A DNA stretch of 64,000 nt from Rhodocyclaceae bacterium UBA2271 (GTDB taxonomy: Bacteria > Pseudomonadota > Gammaproteobacteria > Burkholderiales > Rhodocyclaceae). Made by a program: the position numbers and the translations under genes. Location: positions 26,690-90,689 of the forward strand of contig DDXB01000047.1 of assembly GCA_002347405.1 (NCBI GenBank). The letters are read 5' to 3'. Below, in pieces: positions 53,135 through 64,000 of the stretch; the stretch's first letter is position 1; each line of letters starts with the position of its first letter. Under the pieces are notes generated by a model, which saw nothing but the letters and a program-made list of their open reading frames with translations, was not told where the DNA came from and did no database searches.

Positions 53135-54048
53135 ACGCGCCACGCCGCCCGCCACGCCGCAAGGTGGATGGCGTGCTGTTGCTTGACAAGCCGATTGGCA
53201 TTAGTTCGAACGCGGCGTTGCAGCAGGTGCGGCGTCTGTTCAATGCCGCCAAGGCGGGTCATACCGGCACGCTTGACCCTTTGGCCACTGGTTTGCTGCC
53301 CCTCTGTTTCGGTGAAGCCACCAAGTTTGCCGGTGCGCTGCTGGATGCCGACAAGGCCTATTGCGCCACGGTGCAACTTGGCGTGATCACCGATACTGCC
53401 GATGCCGAAGGCCGTGTGCTGGAAACCCGTCCGGTGATCGCGGATGTGACGCTGGTCGAAGCCGTGCTGCCCCGTTTTATCGGGACTCAGCAACAAGTGC
53501 CGCCGATGTATTCCGCATTGAAGCGTGATGGCACGCCGCTCTACGAGTTGGCGCGGCAGGGTATCGAGGTGGCGCGTGCGCCGCGTCAGATCACCATTCA
53601 TTCGCTCGAATTATCGGCTTGGTCGGGTGACCGCTTCGATCTGGCGGTGTCCTGCAGCAAGGGGACTTATGTGCGTACCCTGGCGGCAGATATTGGACAG
53701 GTGCTCGGTTGCGGAGCCCACCTTGCGGCCTTGCGTCGCACGCGGGTCGGCACGCTGGATGTGAGCAATGCCATTACTCTGGAAGGCATTGAAAATACAC
53801 CGGCAACTGAGCGGGATACTTTGCTGATGCCGCCGGATGCGTTGCTGGCTGACCTGCCCGTTGTAGTGCTGACCGCCCAGGAAGTTGCGCGTCTGTTGCT
53901 TGGCCAGTCGGTTTCTTGGGTTGCCCTCCCCGTCGAGCGCTGTCGGCTCACCGGACCGCGCGGCTTTTTCGGTCTCGGTGAAATTACAAGTGATGGCTGG
54001 TTGCGGCCGAAGCGTCTGGTGATCACACAGACCGACGATTGCCTGTAA
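53131..54048 (+). CDS. truB: tRNA pseudouridine(55) synthase
   Basis: It has GVLLLDKP.G.SSN and the GHTGTLDPLATGLLP catalytic motif. Confidence 0.9.
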   Translation: MNAPRRPPRRKVDGVLLLDKPIGISSNAALQQVRRLFNAAKAGHTGTLDPLATGLLPLCFGEATKFAGALLDADKAYCATVQLGVITDTADAEGRVLETRPVIADVTLVEAVLPRFIGTQQQVPPMYSALKRDGTPLYELARQGIEVARAPRQITIHSLELSAWSGDRFDLAVSCSKGTYVRTLAADIGQVLGCGAHLAALRRTRVGTLDVSNAITLEGIENTPATERDTLLMPPDALLADLPVVVLTAQEVARLLLGQSVSWVALPVERCRLTGPRGFFGLGEITSDGWLRPKRLVITQTDDCL

Positions 54049-54064
54049 AAACTTGGGCAACTGT

Positions 54065-54094
54065 TTGAATAATCGGGTTAACGGCGGGTATAAT
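54065..54094 (+). promoter_or_regulatory. sigma70-like promoter of rpsO
   Basis: TTGAAT-N18-TATAAT leaves a ~150-nt leader containing the stem GCCCAAG (54142-54148)/CTTGGGC (54177-54183). Confidence 0.4.
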
Positions 54095-54244
54095 CGCCGG
54101 CCTTGCCAATAGCAATGACGGCGAGATTCAGTGACGGCTTTGCCCAAGGGTAATGCCAATGCTGGAATGTCACTTTCTTGGGCGCAGTGCTCTATCAAAC
54201 CGGGGCGGTGCCTGTTTCCAATTCAGCGTTTGAGAGAAAATCAT

Positions 54245-54514
54245 ATGGCCATTAATACCGCCGCCAAGGCGAAAATTGTTACCGATTTCCAGCGCACCCA
54301 AGGCGACACGGGTTCCCCCGAAGTGCAAGTTGCCTTGCTGACTGCGCGCATCAACGACCTGACCGGTCACTTCAAGGCCCACGTCAAGGATCACCATTCC
54401 CGTCGCGGTCTGCTCAAAATGGTGAGCCAACGCCGCAAGATGCTGGACTACCTCAAGGGAAAAAATGCCGACAGCTATCGTGAGCTGATTGCGCGTCTAG
54501 GTCTCCGCAAGTAA
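54245..54514 (+). CDS. rpsO: 30S ribosomal protein S15
   Basis: 89 aa with [31 protein letters not shown]. The ATG at 54245 is preceded by GAGAGAAAA. Confidence 0.95.
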   Translation: MAINTAAKAKIVTDFQRTQGDTGSPEVQVALLTARINDLTGHFKAHVKDHHSRRGLLKMVSQRRKMLDYLKGKNADSYRELIARLGLRK

Positions 54515-54592
54515 CGCTGCTGTGCACGTTATCCGATTGCTGTGCCGGTGCGGCCGCAGGCTGTGCCGGCTTCCTTATTGAAAGGAATTGTT

Positions 54593-56704
54593 GTGCTGAC
54601 ACCCATCAAGAAAAGCTTTGTCTACGGTGCTCATACCGTGACGCTGGAAACTGCCGAGATCGCGCGCCAATCAACCGGCGCCGTTCTGGTGAACGTCGAT
54701 GACACTGTCGTGCTCGCCACTGTCGTCGCCAAAGATGTCGCCAAGACCGGTCAGGACTTCTTCCCGCTGACGGTCGACTATGTTGAAAAAGTCTATGCTG
54801 CCGGTCGCATCCCGGGCGGTTTCTTCAAGCGCGAGGGCCGCCCCTCCGAGAAGGAGGTCCTGACTTCGCGGCTGATCGATCGGCCGATCCGTCCGCTGTT
54901 CCCCGACGGCTTTTACAACGAAGTACAAGTCATCATTCACGTGCTGTCGAGCAATCCCGAAGTCGATCCGGACATTCCGGCGATGATCGGCGCTTCGGCG
55001 GCGCTGGCGATTTCCGGCATTCCCTTCAGCGGCCCGATCGGTGCCGCGCGGGTTGGCTACATCGCTGGCCAGTATGTGCTGAACCCGACGTTCAGCCAGT
55101 TGATCGAGAGCAAGCTTAATCTCGTCGTCGCCGGTACTCAGGCAGCCGTGCTGATGGTTGAGTCTGAAGCCCAGGAACTGTCCGAGGAAGTCATGCTGGG
55201 TGCCGTCGTCTTTGGACACGATCAGTTGCAGGCAGCCATCAAGGCCATCAATGAACTGGTTGAAGAGGCTGGCAAGCCCGAGTGGGACTGGCAGCCGCCG
55301 GCCAAGGACGACGCCCTGATTGCCAGGGTCGCGGCATTGGCCGAAGCCGATCTGCGCGAAGCCTATCGCATCACCAGCAAGCAAGCGCGCACCCAAAAGT
55401 GCCGCGAGATCTCGAACAAGGTTATCGAGGCGGTGTGCACCGGTGACGGCGCCCCTGATACAACCTCTGTCGGCAACCTGATTTTTGATATTGAAGCCAA
55501 GATCGTGCGCAGCCAGATTCTTAATGGCGAACCGCGCATCGACGGTCGCGATACGCGCACCGTGCGTCCGATCGCCATCCGCCACGGCGTGCTGGCACGC
55601 ACCCACGGTTCGGCGTTGTTTACCCGCGGTGAAACCCAGGCACTGGTCATCGCCACGCTGGGTACCGGCCGCGATGAGCAGATCATCGATGCCCTGCAAG
55701 GCGAGCATCGTGATCGCTTCATGCTCCACTACAACATGCCGCCCTTCGCTACCGGTGAAACCGGCCGTGTCGGCAGCCCGAAGCGACGCGAAATCGGCCA
55801 CGGTCGCCTTGCCAAGCGCGCCCTGCTGGCCGTGCTGCCGTCTCCGGAAGATTTCAGCTATTCGATGCGCGTCGTGTCGGAAATTACCGAATCGAACGGT
55901 TCCTCTTCGATGGCTTCGGTGTGCGGCGGTTCGCTCGCCCTGATGGATGCCGGTGTGCCGCTGAAGGCCCATGTAGCGGGCATCGCCATGGGCCTGATCA
56001 AGGAAGGCAACCGTTTTGCCGTGCTGACCGATATCCTCGGTGACGAGGATCACCTGGGTGACATGGACTTCAAGGTGGCGGGTACCGAAGCTGGCATCAC
56101 CGCGCTGCAGATGGACATCAAGATTCAGGGCATCACCAAGGAGATCATGCAGGTGGCACTGGCGCAGGCCAATGAAGCACGTCTGCACATCCTCGGCATC
56201 ATGAATGCCTCGATGGGCGGACACCGTCAGGATGTGTCCGATTATGCTCCACGCATGATCACGATCAAGATCAATCCGGAAAAAATTCGCGATGTCATCG
56301 GCAAGGGTGGTGCCGTCATCCGTGCCCTGACGGAAGAAACCGGCTGCGTCATCGACATTGGGGATGAAGGTACCGTGACCATCTCGTCCGTCAATTCCGA
56401 TGCTGCGCAAGTCGCCAGGAAGCGTATTGAGGACATCACCGCAGAAGTCGAGGTTGGCAAGATTTACGAAGGCACGGTGCTGCGTCTGCTGGACTTTGGC
56501 GCCATCGTCCAGATCATGCCGGGCAAGGATGGCCTGTTGCATATTTCCCAGATCGCCAACGAGCGCGTGAATGCCGTTGCCGATCACCTGAAGGAAGGCC
56601 AGCTGGTGCGCGTCAAGGTCATCGAGACGGATGACAAGGGGCGTGTGCGTCTGTCCATGAAGGCTTTGCTGACCGAGCCTGCTGGCGAGGCCGCCGCGCA
56701 GTAA
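54593..56704 (+). CDS. pnp: polyribonucleotide nucleotidyltransferase (PNPase)
   Basis: It has two RNase PH domains, a KH domain and an S1 domain. GTG at 54593 lies 6 nt after AAAGGAA, giving (M)[25 protein letters not shown]. Confidence 0.95.
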   Translation: MLTPIKKSFVYGAHTVTLETAEIARQSTGAVLVNVDDTVVLATVVAKDVAKTGQDFFPLTVDYVEKVYAAGRIPGGFFKREGRPSEKEVLTSRLIDRPIRPLFPDGFYNEVQVIIHVLSSNPEVDPDIPAMIGASAALAISGIPFSGPIGAARVGYIAGQYVLNPTFSQLIESKLNLVVAGTQAAVLMVESEAQELSEEVMLGAVVFGHDQLQAAIKAINELVEEAGKPEWDWQPPAKDDALIARVAALAEADLREAYRITSKQARTQKCREISNKVIEAVCTGDGAPDTTSVGNLIFDIEAKIVRSQILNGEPRIDGRDTRTVRPIAIRHGVLARTHGSALFTRGETQALVIATLGTGRDEQIIDALQGEHRDRFMLHYNMPPFATGETGRVGSPKRREIGHGRLAKRALLAVLPSPEDFSYSMRVVSEITESNGSSSMASVCGGSLALMDAGVPLKAHVAGIAMGLIKEGNRFAVLTDILGDEDHLGDMDFKVAGTEAGITALQMDIKIQGITKEIMQVALAQANEARLHILGIMNASMGGHRQDVSDYAPRMITIKINPEKIRDVIGKGGAVIRALTEETGCVIDIGDEGTVTISSVNSDAAQVARKRIEDITAEVEVGKIYEGTVLRLLDFGAIVQIMPGKDGLLHISQIANERVNAVADHLKEGQLVRVKVIETDDKGRVRLSMKALLTEPAGEAAAQ

Positions 56705-56723
56705 TCATCCGCGGCGGCGGTGC

Positions 56724-56756
56724 AACAAAAAAGGACGCCTGGCGTCCTTTTTTGTT
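56724..56756. terminator. bidirectional intrinsic terminator between convergent pnp and dksA
   Basis: The sequence is an A run, AAGGACGC-CTG-GCGTCCTT, then a T run. Confidence 0.8.
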
Positions 56757-56873
56757 TGAAGTTAGCAAGTTGCTGGCTCAGGACGAGGGGGTTGAAAGTT
56801 GATTTTCCTCGATGCCGGCTTGCGTCGAAATGGCCTAATCGGGGCTGATCCGCGATTCCTCAGCCGAGAAAAC

Positions 56874-57299
56874 TTACTTGGCTATTTGTTTCTCTCTGCG
56901 CTCTTCGAGTTCCTTGCAGTCAATGCACATGGTTGCAGTCGGGCGTGCTTCCAAGCGTTTCAGGCCGATTTCAACGCCGCAGCTTTCACAATAACCATAT
57001 TCACCCTCTTCGATTAGATTGATCGACTCGTCGATCTTCTTGATCAGTCTGCGCTCGCGGTCGCGATTGCGCAATTCGAGGGCGATGTCGGATTCCTGGC
57101 TGGCCCGATCATTCGGATCGGCAAATACCGTTGCCTCATCCTGCATGGTATGAACCGTACGCTCGATGTCGCCTGCCAACTCGAGTTTGAGCGCATCGAG
57201 AATTTTCCGGAAGTGCGCGAGTTGCTTCGCGCTCATGTACTCCTCGTTCTTCTTGGGAACGTAAGGGGCAATCTGTTTTTGCTGAAACTCTTCGGCCAT
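56874..57299 (-). CDS. dksA: RNA polymerase-binding transcription factor DksA
   Basis: 141 aa with a coiled-coil carrying a DxxDxA tip (DPNDRASQESD) and a C4 zinc finger CESCG...CIDCK. Confidence 0.9.
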   Translation of the reverse strand: MAEEFQQKQIAPYVPKKNEEYMSAKQLAHFRKILDALKLELAGDIERTVHTMQDEATVFADPNDRASQESDIALELRNRDRERRLIKKIDESINLIEEGEYGYCESCGVEIGLKRLEARPTATMCIDCKELEERREKQIAK

Positions 57300-57377
57300 C
57301 GTTGCTCCGCCAGAAAAAATACGACGTTATAAACGAAACATACTTATGCTGCAAGTCCTTACTTCGGGGCGAAAACC

Positions 57378-58007
57378 CTAGTCCGCCAGATTGGGTTCAT
57401 CAAGCACAAGTTTTACACCAAAACCGATCAATGCCATACCAGCCATGCGTCGGGCAAGATTCCGCATCCAGTCCATGCGTGCCAGCCGTCGAGCAGTCCA
57501 ATGGCCGGCAAAAACCAGAATTGTCTGGTAAATCAGGCTGATCAGGCTGACATGCAGGAGCAGCGCCGTTAGCGTGATTGCTGAAGCGTCGGCGTTGATG
57601 AATAGAGGGAAAAAGGCGACAAAGAACAGCATTGCCTTGGGGTTGGTCAGACAAATCGCCAGCGCCCGGTGGAAATTGTTCCAGACCTGCCGGGCGGGAG
57701 GCTGAAGTGCGACGGTATGGGGCGGCTTACGCAGCAACTGCATGCCGATCCAGCACAGATAGACGGCACCAAATGTCTGCAGCGCGCCAAATATTTCCGG
57801 ATGGAGTTGCAACAGCGCAGCCAGGCCCAGTACGGCCCCCAGCATCCACACTGCATCGCCAGCCAAAGTGCCGGCAACAGCAGCCATGCCTGCGGAAACG
57901 CCATGTCTGCCGGTCGCGGCAAGAATCGCAAACGTTCCCGGTCCTGGAATCAACTGGAAGATCAGGACGGCGGCGATGAAACTGGCGTAGTGCTGGATGT
58001 CGAGCAC
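57378..58007 (-). CDS. LysE/RhtB-family amino acid exporter
   Basis: 209 aa with 6 TM segments and the N-terminal LIPGPGTFAILA motif of the LysE family. Confidence 0.8.
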   Translation of the reverse strand: MLDIQHYASFIAAVLIFQLIPGPGTFAILAATGRHGVSAGMAAVAGTLAGDAVWMLGAVLGLAALLQLHPEIFGALQTFGAVYLCWIGMQLLRKPPHTVALQPPARQVWNNFHRALAICLTNPKAMLFFVAFFPLFINADASAITLTALLLHVSLISLIYQTILVFAGHWTARRLARMDWMRNLARRMAGMALIGFGVKLVLDEPNLAD

Positions 58008-58022
58008 GGGGCAATCCCTTTC

Positions 58023-60644
<2,622 letters not shown>

Positions 60645-60848
60645 GGCATGGCATGGAATGAGAAACAAAGATGCGATTTTACGCGAAGCCGACAGCAAAA
60701 ACCTTGCTGTAAAGCCGCGGAGGATGTGTACTCGTGTCAATCAATGTACTATCGCCGGCAGTAATACCAAGCGTGCTTTGACCCGGATCGGCGCTACGAC
60801 AAAGACTGAGAGCCTGAAATTGAGTGATATGAATCTGGCCAGATAACC

Positions 60849-63254
60849 ATGGAAAAGAACATTGGCCGCTTTGAAATTCGCGGCGAACTGGGGCGTGGCG
60901 CGCAGAGCGTGGTCTATCTCGCCTGGGATCCGCAGTTGCAGCGCGAGGTGGCGATCAAGACGCTGCATTTTTCAAGCGCCGATGCAGCGCGAAATGCGCT
61001 GTTGCTTGACGAGGCGCGCATGGTCGGAAAATTCCGTCATCCGCATGTGGTGCCGATCTACGATGTCGGCGAGCAGGATGGCGAGCCCTATCTGGTCTTC
61101 GAGCGGGTCTTGGGCAGAAGCCTCGCCGTTGCACTGAAGAACGATGGCCCCTTGCCGGCGATCCGGGCGGCCACGCTGATGCTGCAGATTGCCGACGTGC
61201 TGGCCGAGGCGCACTCGCTGGGCATCATCCACCGCGACTTGAAACCGTCCAACATCCTGCTCGACGCCCGCGACGGCGCGCCGCGCGTGATGGATTTCGG
61301 TATTGCATCGGAAGTGTCGGCACAGGGCAAGACGGCAGGCGAAGCATTGAAAGGGACTCCGCAATATCTGGCGCCGGAATACATCACCCAGCAGCGGACC
61401 ACCCCGCAGGTCGATGTCTTCGCGGCCGGTCTGATCCTGCTGGAAATGCTCACCGGGAAACGCGTTTTCGATGGCGGATCAATCGAAGCGATTCTCTATC
61501 GCATTGCCTGCGAGCCGGTGAGCTTGCCGAGGGAACCTGCCATCGACCCACGGCTCGGTGGCATCATCCTGCGTGCCTGCGCGCTCGATCCATCCCAACG
61601 CTATGCCAGCGCCGACGAATTGCGTGACGCGCTGAATGATTTTCTGGGCGATGGTTCGCTCGATCGGACTACCGGACCGACGGCAATTGCGCAGCGCGAT
61701 ACGCTTGAGTTCTTGTTGCGCCGCATGCGCCACAAATCCGATTTCCCGGCGCTGTCCGAGTCGGTGTCGGCCATCAACAAGCTGACCGCTGCCGAGGGTG
61801 AGAGCGTCTCTGCCTTGTCGAACGCCATCCTCAAGGACTATGCACTGACCAACAAGATATTGCGGCTGGTGAATTCCGCATACTATCGCCAGGCCGGTGG
61901 CGGCAACATCAGCACCGTGTCGCGCGCCGTGATCGTGCTGGGTTTCGACACCATCCGCAACATTACCCTGACGGTGTTGCTGTTCGAACACCTGCAGGAC
62001 AAGGCCAATGTACGCGAACTGAAGGATGCCTTTTTGCGCGCCAACCTGGCCGGCCTGGTGGCGAAGGACATCTGTAAAAGCCCCATGTTGGGACGCCAGG
62101 GCGAAGAAGCGTATATCTGCGCAATGTTTCATGGTCTCGGCCAGCTGCTGGCGCAATACTATTTCCCCGAAGAGGTCGAGGAAGTCAACAAACTGGTGCA
62201 ATTCAGGAAGCGCTCCGTGCGCACCGCGGCAACCGAGATACTGGGCATCACTTTTGAAGACCTGGGGATTGGCATTGCCGGTAACTGGGGGTTTCCGCCG
62301 ACCATCATAGACAGCATGCGACCGCTGTCGGCCGATGAACCGCGCAAGCCAAATACGATTAGGGAGGCACTCCATGTCGCAGCCGTGTTCGGCAATGAAC
62401 TGTGCGCTCTGGTGGGTGTCACGCCGCCCGAACAGCGCGACATGGCGCTGCGCAAGATCAGCCAGCGCTTCGGTACGAGCCTTCAGATCAGCGACCGGCA
62501 GGTTCAGGAGACCGTTGAAAAGTCGGTCGTGGAGTTGGCGCAACTGGCCGCGGTCCTGCGGGTGAATGTCAGGCAAAGTTCGTTTGCCCGCCAGGTGGCC
62601 GCCTTCGCCAGTGGGGCTGCGGGTGCAGATGAATGCCTGTCGCCCGCAACCGTACCCGATCACCTGGCCGACACCCTGCTGGGCGACTCGGCGTTGCTCG
62701 ACGGACTGGAGGACACTGCAACTGCAGGAATGCCTGATGACGCTCAGGCGGTGCTGACCGCCGGCATCCAGGACATCAGCAACTCACTGGTGGATGATTT
62801 TCCCCTCAACGACATCCTGCGCATCATTCTCGAAACCATCTACCGGGCGATGGGCTTCAAGCGGGTGCTGCTTGCCCTGCGCGACGCCAAGACCGGGCGC
62901 ATGGCGGGGCGCTTCGGCCTGGGCCCGGACGTCAATGATCTGGTGCGGCAATTCCGCTTTCCGCTCGGCAGCCAGCTCAATGATGTTTTTCTGCTGGCCA
63001 CGGGGCGTGGTGTCGACATCATCATCAAGGACATCGACGACCCGAAAATTGCTGACAAGGTGCCGCAATGGTTTCGCGAGCGAGTGCCGGCCAAAACTTT
63101 CGTGCTGTTCCCGCTCAACATCAAAGGCAAGTCGGTGGCGTTGATCTACTGCGACAAGGACAAAGCCGGCTCGATCAACATTCCGGAAAAGGAGCTGGCG
63201 CTCCTGAAGACCCTGCGCAACCAGGCCCTGCTGGCGATCAAGCAGGCGGCGTGA
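60849..63254 (+). CDS. Ser/Thr protein kinase fused to HDOD and GAF-like domains
   Basis: The N-terminal Hanks kinase has GRGAQSVVY, AIK, HRDLKPSNIL, DFG and APE motifs. The central HDOD-like block is ILKDYALTNKILRLVNSAYY...LGFDTIRN. The C-terminal region is GAF-like. Confidence 0.8.
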   Translation: MEKNIGRFEIRGELGRGAQSVVYLAWDPQLQREVAIKTLHFSSADAARNALLLDEARMVGKFRHPHVVPIYDVGEQDGEPYLVFERVLGRSLAVALKNDGPLPAIRAATLMLQIADVLAEAHSLGIIHRDLKPSNILLDARDGAPRVMDFGIASEVSAQGKTAGEALKGTPQYLAPEYITQQRTTPQVDVFAAGLILLEMLTGKRVFDGGSIEAILYRIACEPVSLPREPAIDPRLGGIILRACALDPSQRYASADELRDALNDFLGDGSLDRTTGPTAIAQRDTLEFLLRRMRHKSDFPALSESVSAINKLTAAEGESVSALSNAILKDYALTNKILRLVNSAYYRQAGGGNISTVSRAVIVLGFDTIRNITLTVLLFEHLQDKANVRELKDAFLRANLAGLVAKDICKSPMLGRQGEEAYICAMFHGLGQLLAQYYFPEEVEEVNKLVQFRKRSVRTAATEILGITFEDLGIGIAGNWGFPPTIIDSMRPLSADEPRKPNTIREALHVAAVFGNELCALVGVTPPEQRDMALRKISQRFGTSLQISDRQVQETVEKSVVELAQLAAVLRVNVRQSSFARQVAAFASGAAGADECLSPATVPDHLADTLLGDSALLDGLEDTATAGMPDDAQAVLTAGIQDISNSLVDDFPLNDILRIILETIYRAMGFKRVLLALRDAKTGRMAGRFGLGPDVNDLVRQFRFPLGSQLNDVFLLATGRGVDIIIKDIDDPKIADKVPQWFRERVPAKTFVLFPLNIKGKSVALIYCDKDKAGSINIPEKELALLKTLRNQALLAIKQAA

Positions 63255-63492
63255 TCAAAAAACGCCCGCCCCTCCCGACCTCCCCTCGCGGGAAGGTGAC
63301 TGTAGCTCGCTACGCTCGACTATTACTGGGCGCTCTGTTTTGGGTACTGCACGGTTTGCGCCTGGCAGCGCGTGGCGCATTGTGTGCGACAAAGTCGCAT
63401 TCCGCTGCGCGGAACCAGCCTTCGGCTGTCCTGCGGCCTACGGCCTTGTCTTGGGGCGGCCCGGCGGCAATGCTACTGAGGGATAGTCGGCA
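63255..63492 (+). repeat. composite 3'-flank element (family G) filling the kinase-MFS spacer
   Basis: It starts right after the TGA. It contains the head GCCCGCCCC...CCCGACCTCCCC, the blocks GCTCGCTACGCTCGACTATTACTGGG and GGTTTGCGCCTGGCAGCGCGTGGCGC, and ends in a family-B loop module. Confidence 0.7.
63441..63475 (-). repeat. family-B loop module inside composite element G
   Basis: CCTTGTC-TTGGGGCGGCCCGGC-GGCAATG carries the exact 15-nt loop with an imperfect stem. Confidence 0.65.
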
Positions 63493-64000
63493 TCAGGCGG
63501 GTTGCTCGTTCAGCCGTGCCACGGGGCGCTGGTCGATCGGCAGGTTGATCGCCATCGCCAGCACGCCGAGCAGGATGATGATGCCCCAGACGATGTTGTA
63601 GTTGCCGGTGCTGTCGAACAGCACGCCGCCGAGCCAGGCGCCGAGGAAGCTGCCGATCTGGTGGCTGAGGAAGACGAAGCCGCCAAGCATCGACAGATAG
63701 GCAACACCAAACACCTGCGCGACGATGCCGTTGGTCAATGGTACGGTCGACAGCCAGAGGAATCCCATGGCCATGGCGAACAGATAGGCGGAAGTCGGCG
63801 TCAGCGGCGCGGCGAGGAAGGCGATGATGACGATGCTGCGCGTGAGGTAAATGCCGGCGAGCAGATGTTTCTTGCTGTGGCGGGCGCCCAGCCAGCCGGC
63901 GGTCAGGGTGCCAAAAATATTGAAGAGGCCGATCAGCGCCAGGCAGGTCACGCCGACGTTGGCCGTCAGGCCCTGGTCGGAAAGATAGGCCGGCAGATGC
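63493..64000 (-). CDS. MFS transporter, C-terminal part (5' end outside window)
   Basis: The hydrophobic ORF is open to the window edge and has TM helices typical of MFS C-terminal halves. Confidence 0.65.
   Translation of the reverse strand, partial: HLPAYLSDQGLTANVGVTCLALIGLFNIFGTLTAGWLGARHSKKHLLAGIYLTRSIVIIAFLAAPLTPTSAYLFAMAMGFLWLSTVPLTNGIVAQVFGVAYLSMLGGFVFLSHQIGSFLGAWLGGVLFDSTGNYNIVWGIIILLGVLAMAINLPIDQRPVARLNEQPA

Noticed and set aside
54515-54592. Possible rpsO terminator or RNase III-type hairpin in the rpsO-pnp spacer (GCCGGT...GCCGGC).
   Set aside because: The stem is only ~6 bp with a large loop and no T run. It is plausible by analogy with E. coli but not supported by the sequence alone.
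56806-56835. Possible degenerate family-E hairpins at 56806-56835 (GATGCCGGCTTGCGTCGAAATGGC) and 28405-28432 (CGCCCGTACAGGCGGTAATGAC).
   Set aside because: There are too many mismatches and a poor stem. I cannot distinguish them from chance without a scoring model, so I left them out of the feature list.

Overview
This is a chromosomal, high-GC window that looks betaproteobacterial. The synteny blocks are smc-zipA-ligA, trpH-yciO, scpA-scpB-rluB, rimP-nusA-infB-rbfA-truB-rpsO-pnp and dapD/dapE/prmB. It looks Rhodocyclales-like, but I cannot place it without a database search. All protein calls rest on motifs I recognise by eye, not on searches.

I support 47 protein genes. Housekeeping blocks sit at both ends. 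At 11-32 kb there is a fatty-acid catabolic region: a TetR regulator, fadE, a fadI/fadJ-like pair, a second fadB/fadA-type pair, fadD and a further acyl-CoA dehydrogenase. This region encloses a four-gene envelope module of unknown function (DUF1302 barrel, DUF1329 protein, BNR/Ycf48-like propeller, RND permease). I saw no rRNA, tRNA, CRISPR, transposase, integrase or prophage genes.

The gene track does not explain a dense layer of short interspersed repeats:
- Family A is a 24-nt unit, AAAGTCGGCGCTGGCGGGACGGCG, at 11 loci (5 exact). It occurs in spacers and also in frame inside six genes.
- Family B is a 75-100-nt multi-hairpin element with a conserved 15-nt loop (GCCGGGCCGCCCCAA) and co-varying stems. 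There are 5 copies. Two are translated in frame inside smc and ligA, and one carries the Shine-Dalgarno of a thiolase gene in its stem.
- Family D is a ~165-bp MITE-like element whose arms are 9-nt iterations of CACGGAG.
- Family E is a set of CCGGCTTACGCCGG-type hairpins.
- Family G is a ~230-nt composite element that starts right after stop codons.

I regard the coding-sequence-invading repeat families as the most novel signal. Secondary leads are a shared palindromic operator behind two strong promoters in the fatty-acid region, a terminator-type leader in front of rimP-nusA, an ORF6N gene wedged between ligA and galU, and a Ser/Thr kinase-HDOD-GAF fusion.
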